Source: Novakomyces olei (lineage: Eukaryota). Taken from it: a DNA stretch of 64,000 nt. Shown piece by piece: positions 40,260 through 53,316 of the stretch (within the stretch, counting starts at the first letter, position 1; every line of letters starts with the position of its first letter). The position numbers and the translations under genes are program-made. The DNA is taken from contig JADEYG010000015.1 of assembly GCA_016906335.1 (NCBI GenBank), positions 558,001 through 622,000 on the forward strand. Reading direction: 5' to 3'. The notes below the pieces were generated by a model. It worked only from the letters and a program-made list of their open reading frames with translations, was not told where the DNA came from and searched no databases.

Positions 40260-41289
40260 TCTTAAAAAGTCTACGCAAGCTTCTGGCCGATTACTAGATT
40301 TTAATGCTTGAAATGAAATAGAAAATATTTGAGTATACACTAATTAAACAATTTCCCCTTTATTATATCTTTTTGTACAGTCTTAAAACTGATCATCAAA
40401 GCCGTTAAAACATAACTCAACTCAACGGGAATAGCGGCACTTTTTTATTTATCCTTCCTATAACCTGATTCTAGATTCGTAAGTTGGTTACACGCTACCA
40501 AATATTACGAACACGCAATACAGACCAAGCCCCAAACCAAATTTCCGTCAATCCAAATTTCCCGCCGAGGGGGAAATTTGAGAACTGAATAACATTTGAC
40601 CATACAACACGCCTAAATCACTTGAAGGTTTGCGCGAAGCACGCAAAAAAAAACTTGAATAAAACTAAATAAAAGAGACAGAAAACAACCAAAAGATCAC
40701 CTTTCGATTGAGCTCCTGGCTCTACTGCTCACAACAACGGGCCATAAGACAGCCGAGACTTAATTTGCAATCCAAAAACTAAAATGATAAAATCAGAAAT
40801 AGAAAACAATTTTTGATAAGAGATATCCAACTAAAAACCACACTGATAGCAAAAACAAGCATACCGACAGCGCACGCTAAAATTTTGGTTCAAAACTTTT
40901 GTATTTAAAATACTTTTATTGAAGAAAAAAACAAAATATTTCATCTTGAAATTCCATGATATCACCGCTTGTATACCGACAATCGTTGAAATGCATACCG
41001 CTTAACACATTGTGCTCGATATGTAAAATAAATTAAAAGAAACTAACCTCCCACACACACATAAGAAAAGATAAGAACAGGCTCGATATTCGATGTTTAA
41101 TATAAGGCAAAAGTACAAGCCTAAACAAGCCTGACGTCTCAAAATTACATCTCGAATCGTATTAATTCTGCCCACATTTTTCATTTGAAACCAGACGGAA
41201 AACGGAGAACGAAAAAAAGATACCCAAGGAAAACAAATATAAAAACAAAAGACGAAATAAACTTCTCTGCCATCTGTTCCTTGAACCCA

Positions 41290-42746
41290 TCAACCCCAAA
41301 CATCAGCACTGATCCCCGTTACAAAACTCGTAGCTGGTGCTTTAGATGAAGGTTTTGAAAAAGATGAGCGCCAAAGGCTGCTGGAATCAGAGCTGCCACT
41401 CCCACCAGCTGAAGACCAGGAAGAAGCGAAATTTGACAGACCGCTGGGAAATCCAAAGGTAGCGGAAGACGAAGCAGAAGTAGGCGCAGACAAATTGGAA
41501 ACTGGACCTGGTGAGGCAGTCCAAGTAGGTGAGGGCTGCAAAGCATAAGCTGGCCGAGTTCCGATGGGCGGGATACGAGGCAAAGAAGCTTTAGCAGATT
41601 TCATATCCTCGGTTTCTCGACCCGACCCGGTTTTAAGAGACGAGGAGGATAAAGAATCGCTACGGTCTTGGGCAGAAAAGCTAGAATGAAACGAATCTGC
41701 CAGACTATCTGCTCTGCTGTCGATTCCACCGCCCGAAATTCCAGTATTGGTATTTGGAGCTACTGCTGCTGTGGCTGACGATTGCAGGGAAGACAGAGAG
41801 GCAGCCGAAGGAGAGGCAGCAGATGGAGGTAATCCTGAAGCCGCAAAAAGAAGCGGATGAACCCCGTGTCCATTTATGCCTGTATTTAATGATGAATCGT
41901 TTGAACAACTGCTACGCAAATCAAATGCAGGCGAGCCGTCTCCCCCAAAGGCAGAAGACTTAGGAGCAGAAGCAGCTGAGGAAGGTTTGAACCCTACTCC
42001 TTCAAAGGAATTGCCGCTATTGACAGCAGTGCTCGAGGCCAGATTGCTGCTGGTGCCGCTGGGAATAGTGCTCTGCTGAATAGAAGAGGGGAAAGACGCG
42101 CTTTGAAAATTTGAGTACCCAGGCGAAGGCTGCTGTGCTGCTGCAGCGCTGCTCATTCCTGGAGCCGGACGAAAATCGTCATAGCCCATTAGACTCTTGT
42201 GCAGTACTTCCCGACGGCCGCCGTAAAGCTTCCCCGCTTTAGCCAAATTTTCAATTGACTGATCAACTTCTGCTTGGGTTAGCTCTGTACCGAGCAGGTG
42301 CATGGCAGAAAAAAGTTGGGAGGAGGAAGTGTCAAAGTCTTCAGGGGGCAAAGAAGTGTAAAATTTCAGAATCAATATAATAGAACGCAGTATAGAAAAA
42401 AACAAAAAATACAACGAAATAAATTCAAAGAGGTTGCCACTCGAAGAAATTGCGGCATTGTAAACAAACAAGCAAAACCAATCGCGCCACCCAAAGGCAG
42501 CAAATCAAATCTTGGAATAATCGGAATCTTTTGATTAGAGCAGCAGCTCCTGCGAAAATGTGCGGAAGGATGAAACAGGGAAATAGCGTACCTTCAAACT
42601 GTTGCTGAAAGGAAAGATCGTCGTTTGCCGCTACTAAACAACGCGTCAATATCAAAATGCTTCTAATTGCAAGACGAAAACTTACAGTTGCTCCAAGACG
42701 ACGATAAAGGTCGCGAGTACCCGGCAATTCCGTCGCCGAAGGACAT
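41290..42746 (-). CDS. Ser-rich low-complexity protein of unknown function; 5' structure uncertain
   Basis: Long open frame ending SADVWG; upstream exons 42746-42686 and 42630-42592 join in frame via an AAG acceptor at 42339; alternative start ATG at 42303. Confidence 0.6.
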
Positions 42747-43874
42747 GATGGTCTCTCTGGTTCCTAGAGAGCGAGTGACCGGACCCGCCGCTCAATCTTT
42801 ACCAGATAAATATATATAGCGGTATAAATGACTGCGCCTGTTGCCGCCCGCCAGCGGAAAACTACGCAATCCGTTTAACGAGCAAACTCAGGAGAGACCT
42901 GCAGAGTATAATTGCAGCAAACGGAATTTGAGGGTACCAGTTTTCTTGCACGCACTTGTTCCACATCAACTCGAGGGCCTGAATATTTTTTGTGTTGGGT
43001 TTTGCGGTGTACGTTTGCACAGTACAGATTACATGTCGAAATGGTTATGTAAAAGTGTGGTACAGCTCTGAAATAATGTCTTACTTGCTCCCTGTACCAA
43101 GTATATAGAGTGCTGAGGTTGTTTGATGCTGCTATGTTACTTGTGAATCTGCGATTGGATACGGCGCGGTCAATTGGCCGGCGCCTAAATGTAATCACGG
43201 GTGCCGTGTATCTATTGTCTCGCACACGCGTCGCGGACAAACATAGGCTATGAAATTGTTCGTTGTTCCTCTGAATTTTGAACTGGCCTTTATGCAGAAT
43301 GAGGCACACGTATTGATTGATATGCCTCGCAGTTTTACAGTTTGAGCACGAGTGCTAAAAAGACATCATCAAGCGAAGGTTAGGGCTAACAATTCAATGA
43401 CTTTCCAAGATTTACAGCTTTGATGTGAGACATGTTTAATAAAAGTAATATTCCCGCCATGTTTTACAGCAGCTCAAAAGGCATATTCACGCGTTGCCCA
43501 CTGTATATAGATAAAATATATTATACATATTGGCCTTGCGCGTATAATTCAGTAGCTAAATAGAAACAACTGCCAATGCCAAAACTTAAAAGAAGCATTA
43601 GTATATTCAATATAGGCACGTTCATGAAAAAAAAATTAGATTTTAGATTTTAGATAACAATTTTTAATTTTTAGTTTCTATTTTTTAGTTTTTTATTTCT
43701 AGGCTTAGTTTTAAGTTTCTAGTTTTTAATTTTTAATTTTTTTGCATCTACTTAAAAGATAAGAATGACCATATAATATAATGCTACATGACTACACAGT
43801 ATGAAAGAGGAAAGATAATAAAGTATTAAATTTTGGGATGGGAATCATGATGAAGTAGGAGAGCCATCCATGCT

Positions 43875-45093
43875 CTATATAGTAAAGAGTCTAATTAGCT
43901 CTTCACTGACCCCGCTCATAGGATCGAGGATACCGATGTCTGTTATTAGGGCACTTATTAGCTCAGGCGGCGTGTAATCAAGAGTCGGACTGTTTTCAAG
44001 CTGTGGGACAGTCATTATATTTTCATTGGAAACTGTCGATGATAATGGCCGACGTTTATCTCCGGTCGATTCCACGTTTGTGAAAGCAAAACTGGATATG
44101 GCGGAAGGTAGGCTTTTCTGGTTCAAAGGATACATGCGAACAAATTTATGGCTAAAGGTGTTAGTCAGCTGGTAATTGTATCATTAAGCTCTTTGGTTTA
44201 GCAAATCAAATACCATTCAGATAGAGCATAGAAAGGTTTACGGTTAGCTTTCGCTACAACCGCAAGTTGGTAAGTTCCCACTTGATTAATGAGGCCGCCG
44301 TTTTCAACAACTCCTTCAGCGCCAACTATGACCTGGTCCACTTTTTCCATGATTGGTCCAACTGCACTGTCTGTAATTACACAGCAGGCGACTCCTTGCT
44401 GCTGTAATATGTCTGCCATGACTACCCCGGATCCAGATGGTCTTCCTTCTGCCACAATTACTTGGAACCGTTTATTTCTCCTTAGAGCTAGAACAATCAG
44501 GGCGGCAATCGACCGCGAGTAGCCGTGTGTGAGAATGACCGAATTATCACGTACAAATTTCTCTCCTAAATCTGCAATCCGCCGTCGCCCATCTTTTGCT
44601 CGCTGAACGAAAAGCTTGCCATTTTTGATTAAGTGCGCTCTGCACTGCTCGAAATCCTAGACCTGATTAGAGTTGCCAATTTTTATTGCCATTTGGATTC
44701 TTTTGAATAATTCTTCAAGTTTCCCGTGTTTATCCTGAGATCTGGCCCTTGCTTGATATGCTATTCAATTTTCTCATCTTATTCCGAACTTCATACCCCC
44801 AAATCGGCCAACGACCGAGTAACAAACTGCTGAAATAAATCTACTCCAGCCGACAGCGATATGTTATTGACAACACTCCGTTTTAATTCGTCGCCTCCAT
44901 GCTGTAAAATGTCCGTATACTCACTGATTGTGCTTGCTGCGACTGGTTAGATCGTTCTTTGAAATTGGGCAAACAAACCTTTGCAGACAGACAAAAGCTC
45001 TACCAGAGCCTCAATAGCCGCAACCGGCATTGTGATGTCGGCATCATCTCGTAAAATGCGATTATAAACCTCTACAATATCGAACGTTGCCAT
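43875..45093 (-). CDS. GCN3: eIF2B alpha subunit, 4 exons
   Basis: [78 protein letters not shown]. Confidence 0.96.
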
Positions 45094-46919
45094 TTGGTGT
45101 TCACGTGCAGCGATTATATTTTATTATTTAATATATTTAAAGCTTTAGCTGGCGAATTATTATGAGCATACGTTCCTCTGAGCATTTGGAGTTGTAAAGC
45201 AGTATCTTTCCATATAATTCATTATTTAATACTAGAGGATGATTTATCACTGTAATTCACCACATAATCTTCATGAGCACTACAGCTCATATTGGAATAC
45301 TATGCAATTAACGATATGGGGAGGAGGTTCAAGCAAAATATGCTTGCCAGAGGCGATACTATTGAGCCTGATAAAATCAAAACTATACCGTAAACCAATT
45401 AATTGGACGTTGAGTCTAATTAATTTTCCTTCTTTAATTTCCCTGTAGCGAGATTTTCGAATATTATTATCGTCAAAATTTGGTCAGTCTTAGCTATCTA
45501 GGCATGAATTTTATAATAAGGCTCTGCTGACTAGATTTGCTCATTTGTAATTTTTTAGATTAATGTATTCAATCAACTTGTGGTTAGACTTTGATTAATT
45601 ATGCCACCGTACAGCAAAAATTTCAATGTCACAAGATGGTTGCTTTACCAAAATCTTGCAGATACCGGCAAAAATGGCGCCCATTCTGCTACCATTCGGC
45701 CGAGACTTATTTTTCAATTGAAGCAGTGTCTTAATAAACCAGAACTATAATTCAGCCCACGAAAATTGAAATGTATCGGAACTAAAAATGCGAAATGGCA
45801 AATAGTCGCGATTTAATACAATTATACCCGGGTTGCCTTTTTCGTAATAATTACATTCCTTCGTGGGATGCATGGGCGGGCAAGAGCGTAAAGATTTATT
45901 TGTATTCAAGCACGAATTAGACTGGATGCAACGAAATATGATTTAGGCTTCATTTAAGCAAGAAAGGAACAAAAAGGAGCGTTTGCCGTCGGAAACCTCC
46001 TGATCCAAAAAAAAAAATAGTATAATTTAGAAAAATTATAAAGCAAAATAAAGAGAGATAAAGCCGTCCTGACTCTGAGAATGGAAGGCCCAAGATAAAT
46101 TACAATGTGGACATTATGGCTAAATTGTCTCTTATGAAGCGAAGGCAAAATATGTTCCAAGCCACTTGTTTTACCGTAATTTTCGTGTCCTCAGCAAAAT
46201 TCAAAGACCCAATTTCTTCGGTTCAAAAGTGGGAATGCAAAGTTTTACAAAAAGGTCTCGCTAGTACAATGCCGACCTAAAACTCCGCGAAATCCTACGG
46301 TACTTAATCTCTCATGAACTCTCCCGCAATATAAGCGAATTAATTGGCACTCTAAAGAGGAGAATTGTGATTAGAAAGTATGGCATGTAAAGCCTAAATT
46401 AAATGACTACAGGGGTAATTAGCTCACCTATCCCCCACTCACCAACCACGAACGGCTCCGGCTGAACTTCGTGGCACTATTATCTCCAGCCTCCAATTCT
46501 GAATCAATGGTGGACTATTGGATGCCTGTCTAGCATATGTTTGGCTTATCCCAGAGTTATGGGAGTTATGGCCGAGTTGCTTTCAATTTGTGCCCTCTTT
46601 GAGTCATAATTGTAATTTTGCTGTGATACATTGATTCAACTGGATATTTAAACAAATTACTTATATTATCTATATTATTTTGCAAAGATAGATAGATAGA
46701 TCTAATAGATTATTGACATGAAACAATGATAGCGGCTAATTGGATTAAGACAAAACATCAAAACGAAATGAATATTTGGAGCATTCTGATATATCAATAG
46801 CCTAAAAAGGAAACCAACGCTTGTCTACTCAATTGGATTGACTATCCGATTGGGTATAGAGTAGATTGTCCGGTATATAAATAATTGACATTGGTTATGA
46901 TAGATATTGAAGAAGTCTT

Positions 46920-47726
46920 TCAACAATTTTGCTTGAGCGACAAATATTCTTGAGGGAGCCTCGGGGGCAAAAATGGGAAGCACAGTTCAAACACTTCATC
47001 AACATCAAAAAATTGTCCTATTTCATGCTGAATAAGATGGCTTTCGTTGATAGCCATTAACGCATTTTTCACATTAGAGTGAGCTGAAAGCGACATTACA
47101 GTGGCACGGCAGCTATTTATTGTAGCAATGAAATGACACGGATCCTTTCCGGGAAATAAGGCTTTTGAGAGTGTTGGGGTAGCATGGCAGTGAGCATAAT
47201 TACTGAAATAAGTCCTCGTATACATCTCATGCGTAGCAAGTTTGAACTGCGTTTCGTTTGTCGTATTCAAAGCTCTCAAAGGCTCGAGTGCTTTGCACAA
47301 AAACCAACTAGCCACTTCAGAAGCCTCTTGATGAGCCGCAAAGCAACAAGTTTTATTCCATGGTTTTTCCAGACACTCTTCCTCATAAAACAAGACTCTT
47401 AATCCATGAACTTCATGCATAACCCTACACAATTCTCGGTCGGCGACTTTTCCATGTCTAGTAATGGCCTCATTGTAATACCAAAAGTCGCCCTTTTCCC
47501 AAGCCAGAGGTTTCAGCAAAAAGGGGAAAGGTTCATAGAACCCGTATTCACGCATACCATGGTTCAGCCTCCAATCATCAAAAATATGAGCAGACGATGA
47601 ATTTTCCAGCACGAAGCTTGCTCTCGTCGCAAACTTTTTCGTGCACAAGGCCAGTAGAATTGCCATGCTTAATATTTGCTGCATTGCAGGTACGACCGTG
47701 GAATGATCAGAAAAAGGTATAAACAC
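46920..47726 (-). CDS. Hypothetical orphan ORF (about 250-270 aa)
   Basis: Long stop-free frame in AT-rich surroundings; no family recognised. Confidence 0.4.
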   Translation of the reverse strand: MFIPFSDHSTVVPAMQQILSMAILLALCTKKFATRASFVLENSSSAHIFDDWRLNHGMREYGFYEPFPFLLKPLAWEKGDFWYYNEAITRHGKVADRELCRVMHEVHGLRVLFYEEECLEKPWNKTCCFAAHQEASEVASWFLCKALEPLRALNTTNETQFKLATHEMYTRTYFSNYAHCHATPTLSKALFPGKDPCHFIATINSCRATVMSLSAHSNVKNALMAINESHLIQHEIGQFFDVDEVFELCFPFLPPRLPQEYLSLKQNC

Positions 47727-48059
47727 AAAGCTATGGGACGAAATAAAATCAAACCAATTTAAAGAAATGAATATATTTAAATATATTTATCTAGACAAAT
47801 GATATTCATTCTAGACAGCGAAGGAAGATATGTCTCGTGTCTAGTGTGTGAAAGCCTAGTATGAATAGTCCGATAAATTCCAAAAATAAATTTGTCTGTG
47901 GAAATGGACTGAATCCATTTAGCGGAACGCACAACGAGACGGCGTTTTTGTTTGCCACAAAGCCATGCTCGATCGCTCGTCAGGCAATGTATACGGCGCA
48001 TATATATACGCCTACTGTTGAATAATAGGTCGCGCAAGCGGGTTTACTTTTATCGGATG

Positions 48060-49499
48060 CTACTCTCGGAGATACTTCAATACTTTTGGTCCCCATAAAG
48101 GCCGGCTTTTAAAAATTAGTAACAATCCTAAAATAATAATAACGGTAGCAATGGAAATAACAGTATTAATAATAAACGCAAAATCAAAGAACAAACAATT
48201 CTGTGGCAAACCTTTTATAGTACGATATGCCGGGAGCATTCCCAAGTTCGAGACCTTCAATTGCATCTGCAAAATCTTGTGCTGATCCTTCTGCCTTGAG
48301 CTCAGTGATAGGATACAGATAAGTTTTAATAACAAACACAAGGGCTTTTGTCTCAGGAAGTCGAAAAAGAACTTGCCGCTCGCTGCGCTGGCAACATTTG
48401 TTGATATCTAAATTATCATTTGCCACAAGAGGCGCCTCATTTTCGTTATCCCGGTATAAATGAGTGCCAGCGGGGCTGAAAAGCGTATCGTGCATTGTTA
48501 GAGACCACTGATTGTAAGTAAGTCTAAAGACAGGCTAGATGATATATTTGGGAAATTGAGTAAAGTAAAAATAAAACTGAACAGTGCTTTTAACTTACGT
48601 TTGCTCTACAAACAAAGCGTCCCACTTGTAGTTTTTCAAAAAATCTATCCATACTTCGTTCAAGCCGCTCTTTGTACGATGGTACTGGTGAATGTATATC
48701 ACGCAATTTCAAGCCAAATTTTTTATTGGGAGCAAACCCGGCGGGATAGCATGCAATACACGCTTGAAGCCTGTACCCGTCTCCATCTTCTGAAGGAACA
48801 AGAATCAAAAGGTCTTCATCGACGTTGCAACAGAGGATTCTTAACGCCTCTTGGTCTTGACTTGGGGGCTGCAAAGGTAGCAACTCACCAGTGACAAGGT
48901 TTTTTACGTCACTTCCTATAATTTTAAACATTGTTGGGAACCGCTGAGGAAGTACAATGCCCAAGATTAAAGTATACAGTTCTTGTAGCGCGATACGTGC
49001 CGACGCGTCCACAGCCAAGACTACTTCGGTATGCTTTTCCATAATTTCACGACGATGTTTAATATGCCAACGGTAATCTTTGTCCATCTTGATGATATCG
49101 TTGATAGACGTGTTTTCCAGGGCTTTATAGTCGTGTTAGCTTTATTATATAATAAACAATCTCATCGGGGACGCAAGCAACCAAGACCTTACCCATTGTC
49201 ATATTGTATTTTTTCTTGTAGGGCCTCAAGCGCAGAGGCTCCGTTGTTTCCCAGTCGAAATCCACCAGTGGAGTAATATCTCCAAGTTGGCCACCTACTG
49301 GCTATAATTGTTGAGGAATTGTGTACAATATATATTGTAAAGCTCCTACCTGCTTTGTTGGCAGCTTTTCCGCTCTCAGAGGAGCATGTTTAAGCTTGGG
49401 CCAGAGTAAGTTGCAAGCCCAATACGTTATGATTGAACCTAGCGCTCCTGCAAAGCAAATTTGCAAGCCAATTCCTCCATCAAGCATGTCGGCAAACAT
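48060..49499 (-). CDS. DUF3445 / heme-dependent oxidative N-demethylase alpha-like (HRQ) protein, 5 exons
   Basis: N-terminal TM, FDWETTEPLRLRPY, LPQRFPTMF, NVDEDLLIL, CYPAGF, IHSPVP, RANW, RSERQVLFRLP, IKTYLYPI. Confidence 0.82.
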
Positions 49500-50581
49500 G
49501 GTCTTTTTCACAATCAGTAGTCGAGGATCATCTAATTGATGCTGAAAGATTAAGGCAATTGATTCCCGCCCACTCTACCGGACGCTCTGTTTTGGAGCGA
49601 CTTTTAGCGCTCGATTCTAGATTAGCTGGAGCCTTCCATATTCATTATATTAGTATACTCATAATATATTCATAGTATTATATAGAAAAGCAGCACGGCC
49701 TATAAAAGAAACGGGATTGTAGTGGAAGTGATTATCTATAATTGGTAAAACGCCCTGAACGAAGATAACGTTCCATGATTGGAGGGGGGTCGTAAGTAAC
49801 TTCAAAAAAGTGCTTATCGAGGCCGCTACGCACGATGCTAGGGCGCAGTAGTCGTTTTAAAAAAAACTTGAAAGCATGATTAAAAAACCAAAATGCTTAT
49901 TCCAGAGCCTAGATCGATGGTAAGGATAAGTGAAAAAATAAGCTTCAAATACGAGGATTAGCTTCAACTAGGTATCTCCTCCACCTTTGTAAGTCTTATC
50001 TGGCCTAAAGAAACGAATAAAGTCGCCATTTATAATTTTCTAAATTTATAAGTATAATGTCGCAAGCAAACCTCACATTTTACAGGACAGTGGCCACAAT
50101 TAAAATTAAGATTGCGTTTGGCTGCTTTTTAGGACTCATGTTCAAGATTGTACAGCCCTCGTTTACCCCGCACAACTTTAAAAAGTTCAATAGGTGACAC
50201 TATTTTTCTTCCACAAAGTTTATCCGTTCACTATTGTACAATCCATCAAAGCTGGGTCCAAGGACTAAAATTTATCATCTGCGTCGCATAAACTTTAAGA
50301 ATTATACATTCACCATAGATACACATAAATTATGCAGAACCATGTTTTGCACCTTCTGCAGGGAGACACTTCAACATGCATCTATCAAGGTCAGACTCGA
50401 TTCATCGCATCTTGATCCCGTTAGCCTTTTGCCTATATTACAGCATAATGCCTTTATATACTGCCCGTCACAAGTAAATTTATTAGAATCTAAAATAACC
50501 ATAGTCTGTTTCTATAATGATGCGGACACTTATCAGATTCTATATAAAAAATATATGGCAATATAATTGCATTTTCTCATA

Positions 50582-52183
50582 ATGGCAGAGCCGATTGTTG
50601 AGGAGGATCTTCAGGCGGCGCCTCCAAGCGCAATCAAAGATTGTATAGCAGGAACTGTACGAAATCATCGATTTATCTACCTTACTAACTATAGGCTGGC
50701 GGTGTTGCGCAAGTCTTTGTTGGCCAACCGTAAGCAATACTTTAAATCCAAAAAATAAAAAGTTCAAATTTAAAAAAATAAATTAAAAACGAAATTGAAA
50801 AAAAGGCAAAAATATATTAGAATGACACTAATGATACAAGTTTTGACTGTATTAAAGTTCGACTGCAAACGCAAAGTGGAGCGTACAATGGGGTCGTCGA
50901 CTGCGTACGCAAAACTGCCGTCAACGAAGGGTTATTAGCCTTTTACAAAGGCACTACTTTGCCTTTGTTGGGCGTTGGAGCTTGCGTCAGTGTTCAATTC
51001 TCTGTCTTTGAAGCTATGCGAAGAGCCTTTAACTCTTACAATGGTGGTGGAAATTTATCTATGGGACAATTTTATCTCGCAGGTGCGGCTGCTGGACTAG
51101 CAAATTCACCACTCATTGCGCCGATTGAACATGTGCGAATTCGTAAGTGGTGCTTCATTTTAGCTCTCAATTAACTACGTTTTCCACGTTGGTTTTGTTT
51201 ACGTCTAATTTGAGCTGATCTTTCTCTTTGTTTTTGAATGCTGACGATCGACAGGACTACAGACTCAATCAGCCTCGTCAAGCAGTTTTCATGGGCCTGT
51301 TGACTGCTTGCGTAAAATAACTTCGAATTACGGTATAAAAGGTCTTTTTTCAGGTTACAAAGCCACAGTTTTACGAGAAGCACATGGATATGGGTATGCT
51401 AAGTTCACTGAAAAAGGCTGAATAATTTGTAAACATCTATGAGGAAACTTTGTCATTTTTGAAGTGCAAGAGCCTTCACCTGTCAGATGAGAAAACAAGA
51501 GCAATTCAATAAATTCGAAACTAACAATCAAGGCTATACTTTCTTACCTACGAGGCGCTTATGTCTTATGATATGCAGCGCAATAATCGAAGACGCATTG
51601 ATACTCCTGCAGCTAATCTTCTTCTCTATGGCGCGGCTGCGGGCTACAGTATGTGGATTATGTGCTACCCGATTGGTATGTTGCCTTATTCATTTTATTT
51701 TGTTTTGTTTTGCCTATTTTATTTTATTTTATTTTATTTTATTTTATTTTATTTTATTTTATTTTATTTTATTTTATTTTATTTTATTTTATTTTATTTT
51801 ATTTTATTTTATTTTATTTTATTTTATTTTATTTTATTTTATTTTATTTTATTTTATTTTATTTTATTTTATTTTATTTTATTTTATTTTATTTTATTTT
51901 ATTTTATTTAATAATTATTTTTTGTTTTTTGTTTTAATTTGGTTTCACTTATTTTTTGTACGATGTTGCTAATAATGCAGATGTTGTCAAATCTGTCATG
52001 CAGACCGACAGTCTACGGAACCCTCAATACTCCAACGCCACTGACTGCTTGCGCAAGCTGATTGGCCGTGAAGGCTTTAGATCACTTACACGCGGATTTC
52101 TTCCTGTGCTGGTTCGTGCTGCACCGGTGAATGCAGCTACTTTTGCGACATATGAAGTTGCAAGTAGCTATCTGTATGCGTGA
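50582..52183 (+). CDS. Mitochondrial carrier (Ymc1/carnitine-ornithine carrier-like), 6 exons
   Basis: Three carrier signatures QPFDCIKVRLQ, APIEHVRIRLQ, YPIDVVKSVMQ; FYKGTTLPLLGVGACVSVQF; RAAPVNAATF. Confidence 0.92.
51716..51909. repeat. Intronic (TTTTA)n microsatellite, about 38 units
   Basis: Seen directly in the last intron of the carrier gene. Confidence 0.98.
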
Positions 52184-53316
52184 AGCCGATGAACTGGTCG
52201 TTTGGAGCGACTAGCACACGGAGGCCTATGAACGTCTTACATGTTTTGAATACATCTTATAATGAAACTAATTTCTTTTAAGATACCAAAATTATACGAA
52301 TGCTATATATTGCAATAATCGGTAATCGGTACTAGTGTTTCTTGGGTAGCAATATTTTTATTGATTAGGATTTGGTGTAGTCAAAAACAAAATTATAAAA
52401 TTGCTCCCTTAAAAGTAAGAAAATCAGAATATTGAGAAAATAAGGAGACTTTTTTAAGACTCAAGTCGAGGATGGAACATGAAACAGTCTATCACAATAT
52501 TACATTTGCCTTTTGCATTAGATTCTAAACATTTATACACAACATGCACAAACAAGCATTGTTAATAACATCAAATTCTCTAACCGCAAATATTTCTTTG
52601 AGCTGAATACCGGGCTAACGACCTAGCGACATTGTAGATCTTTGTCGAAGATCCTGATGTTCGTGAAATGGTCTAATTAATGGTGCTTCCTTCCCATGCT
52701 CCTCCCCTTTTCTCCATGGTCCATATTTTGGTCCATCCCCGAACTTTGTCTTTTCTTATTATCATCCCTTAGCTTTCTAACCAAAAGGACATATTTCCAC
52801 CTTTGCATGTCTTTGTGCCCATTCAAAATTCAATTTTAGTATAGCGTTTAAAAAGCATCTCTTGCGTTACTCATACACTCATACTTTGCAATCAGATATC
52901 TTTTTTCTCGGTGGGAGTTTCTGAATGTTCAAGTCTATCACGAGGCAATGCAATTTTGAGCAAAATTCAAAACCACAAAATCTGGAAAGACATACACATT
53001 AACTGCATCATTATAAAAGATGTAAAAGTCATTCAGATGAGGCACAACGTAACAAAAAGTAAATAGAAGCATAAATCATATTAATTGATTTAGAAGTTTA
53101 AAAATGGAATAAAAGCAAATTTAAAAATGATAAAATAATTAAACAAAAAGTAATAAAATGATAAAATGAAAAATAAAAGACAAATGCAGAAAGGATTACA
53201 TATTTTGAACGAAAATTTGAAATGAAAACTGTTGCAGGAAAAGGTGATAAAAAGTCATAAAAATAGAATGAATAAGAGATACAAAACAAAATCCCTCCCC
53301 CCAATGGTTAACCAAA

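Noticed and set aside
42339-42591. Nested (stwintron) intron in the Ser-rich gene
   Set aside because: Excising the proximal intron does not create a new GT donor; treated as alternative acceptors instead.
46446-46620. CCACGAA/TTCGTGG stem and Sm-like AATTTTG in the long intergenic region, considered as snRNA or telomerase RNA
   Set aside because: No snRNA signature and no CTAACCCTAA template; short stems are expected by chance.
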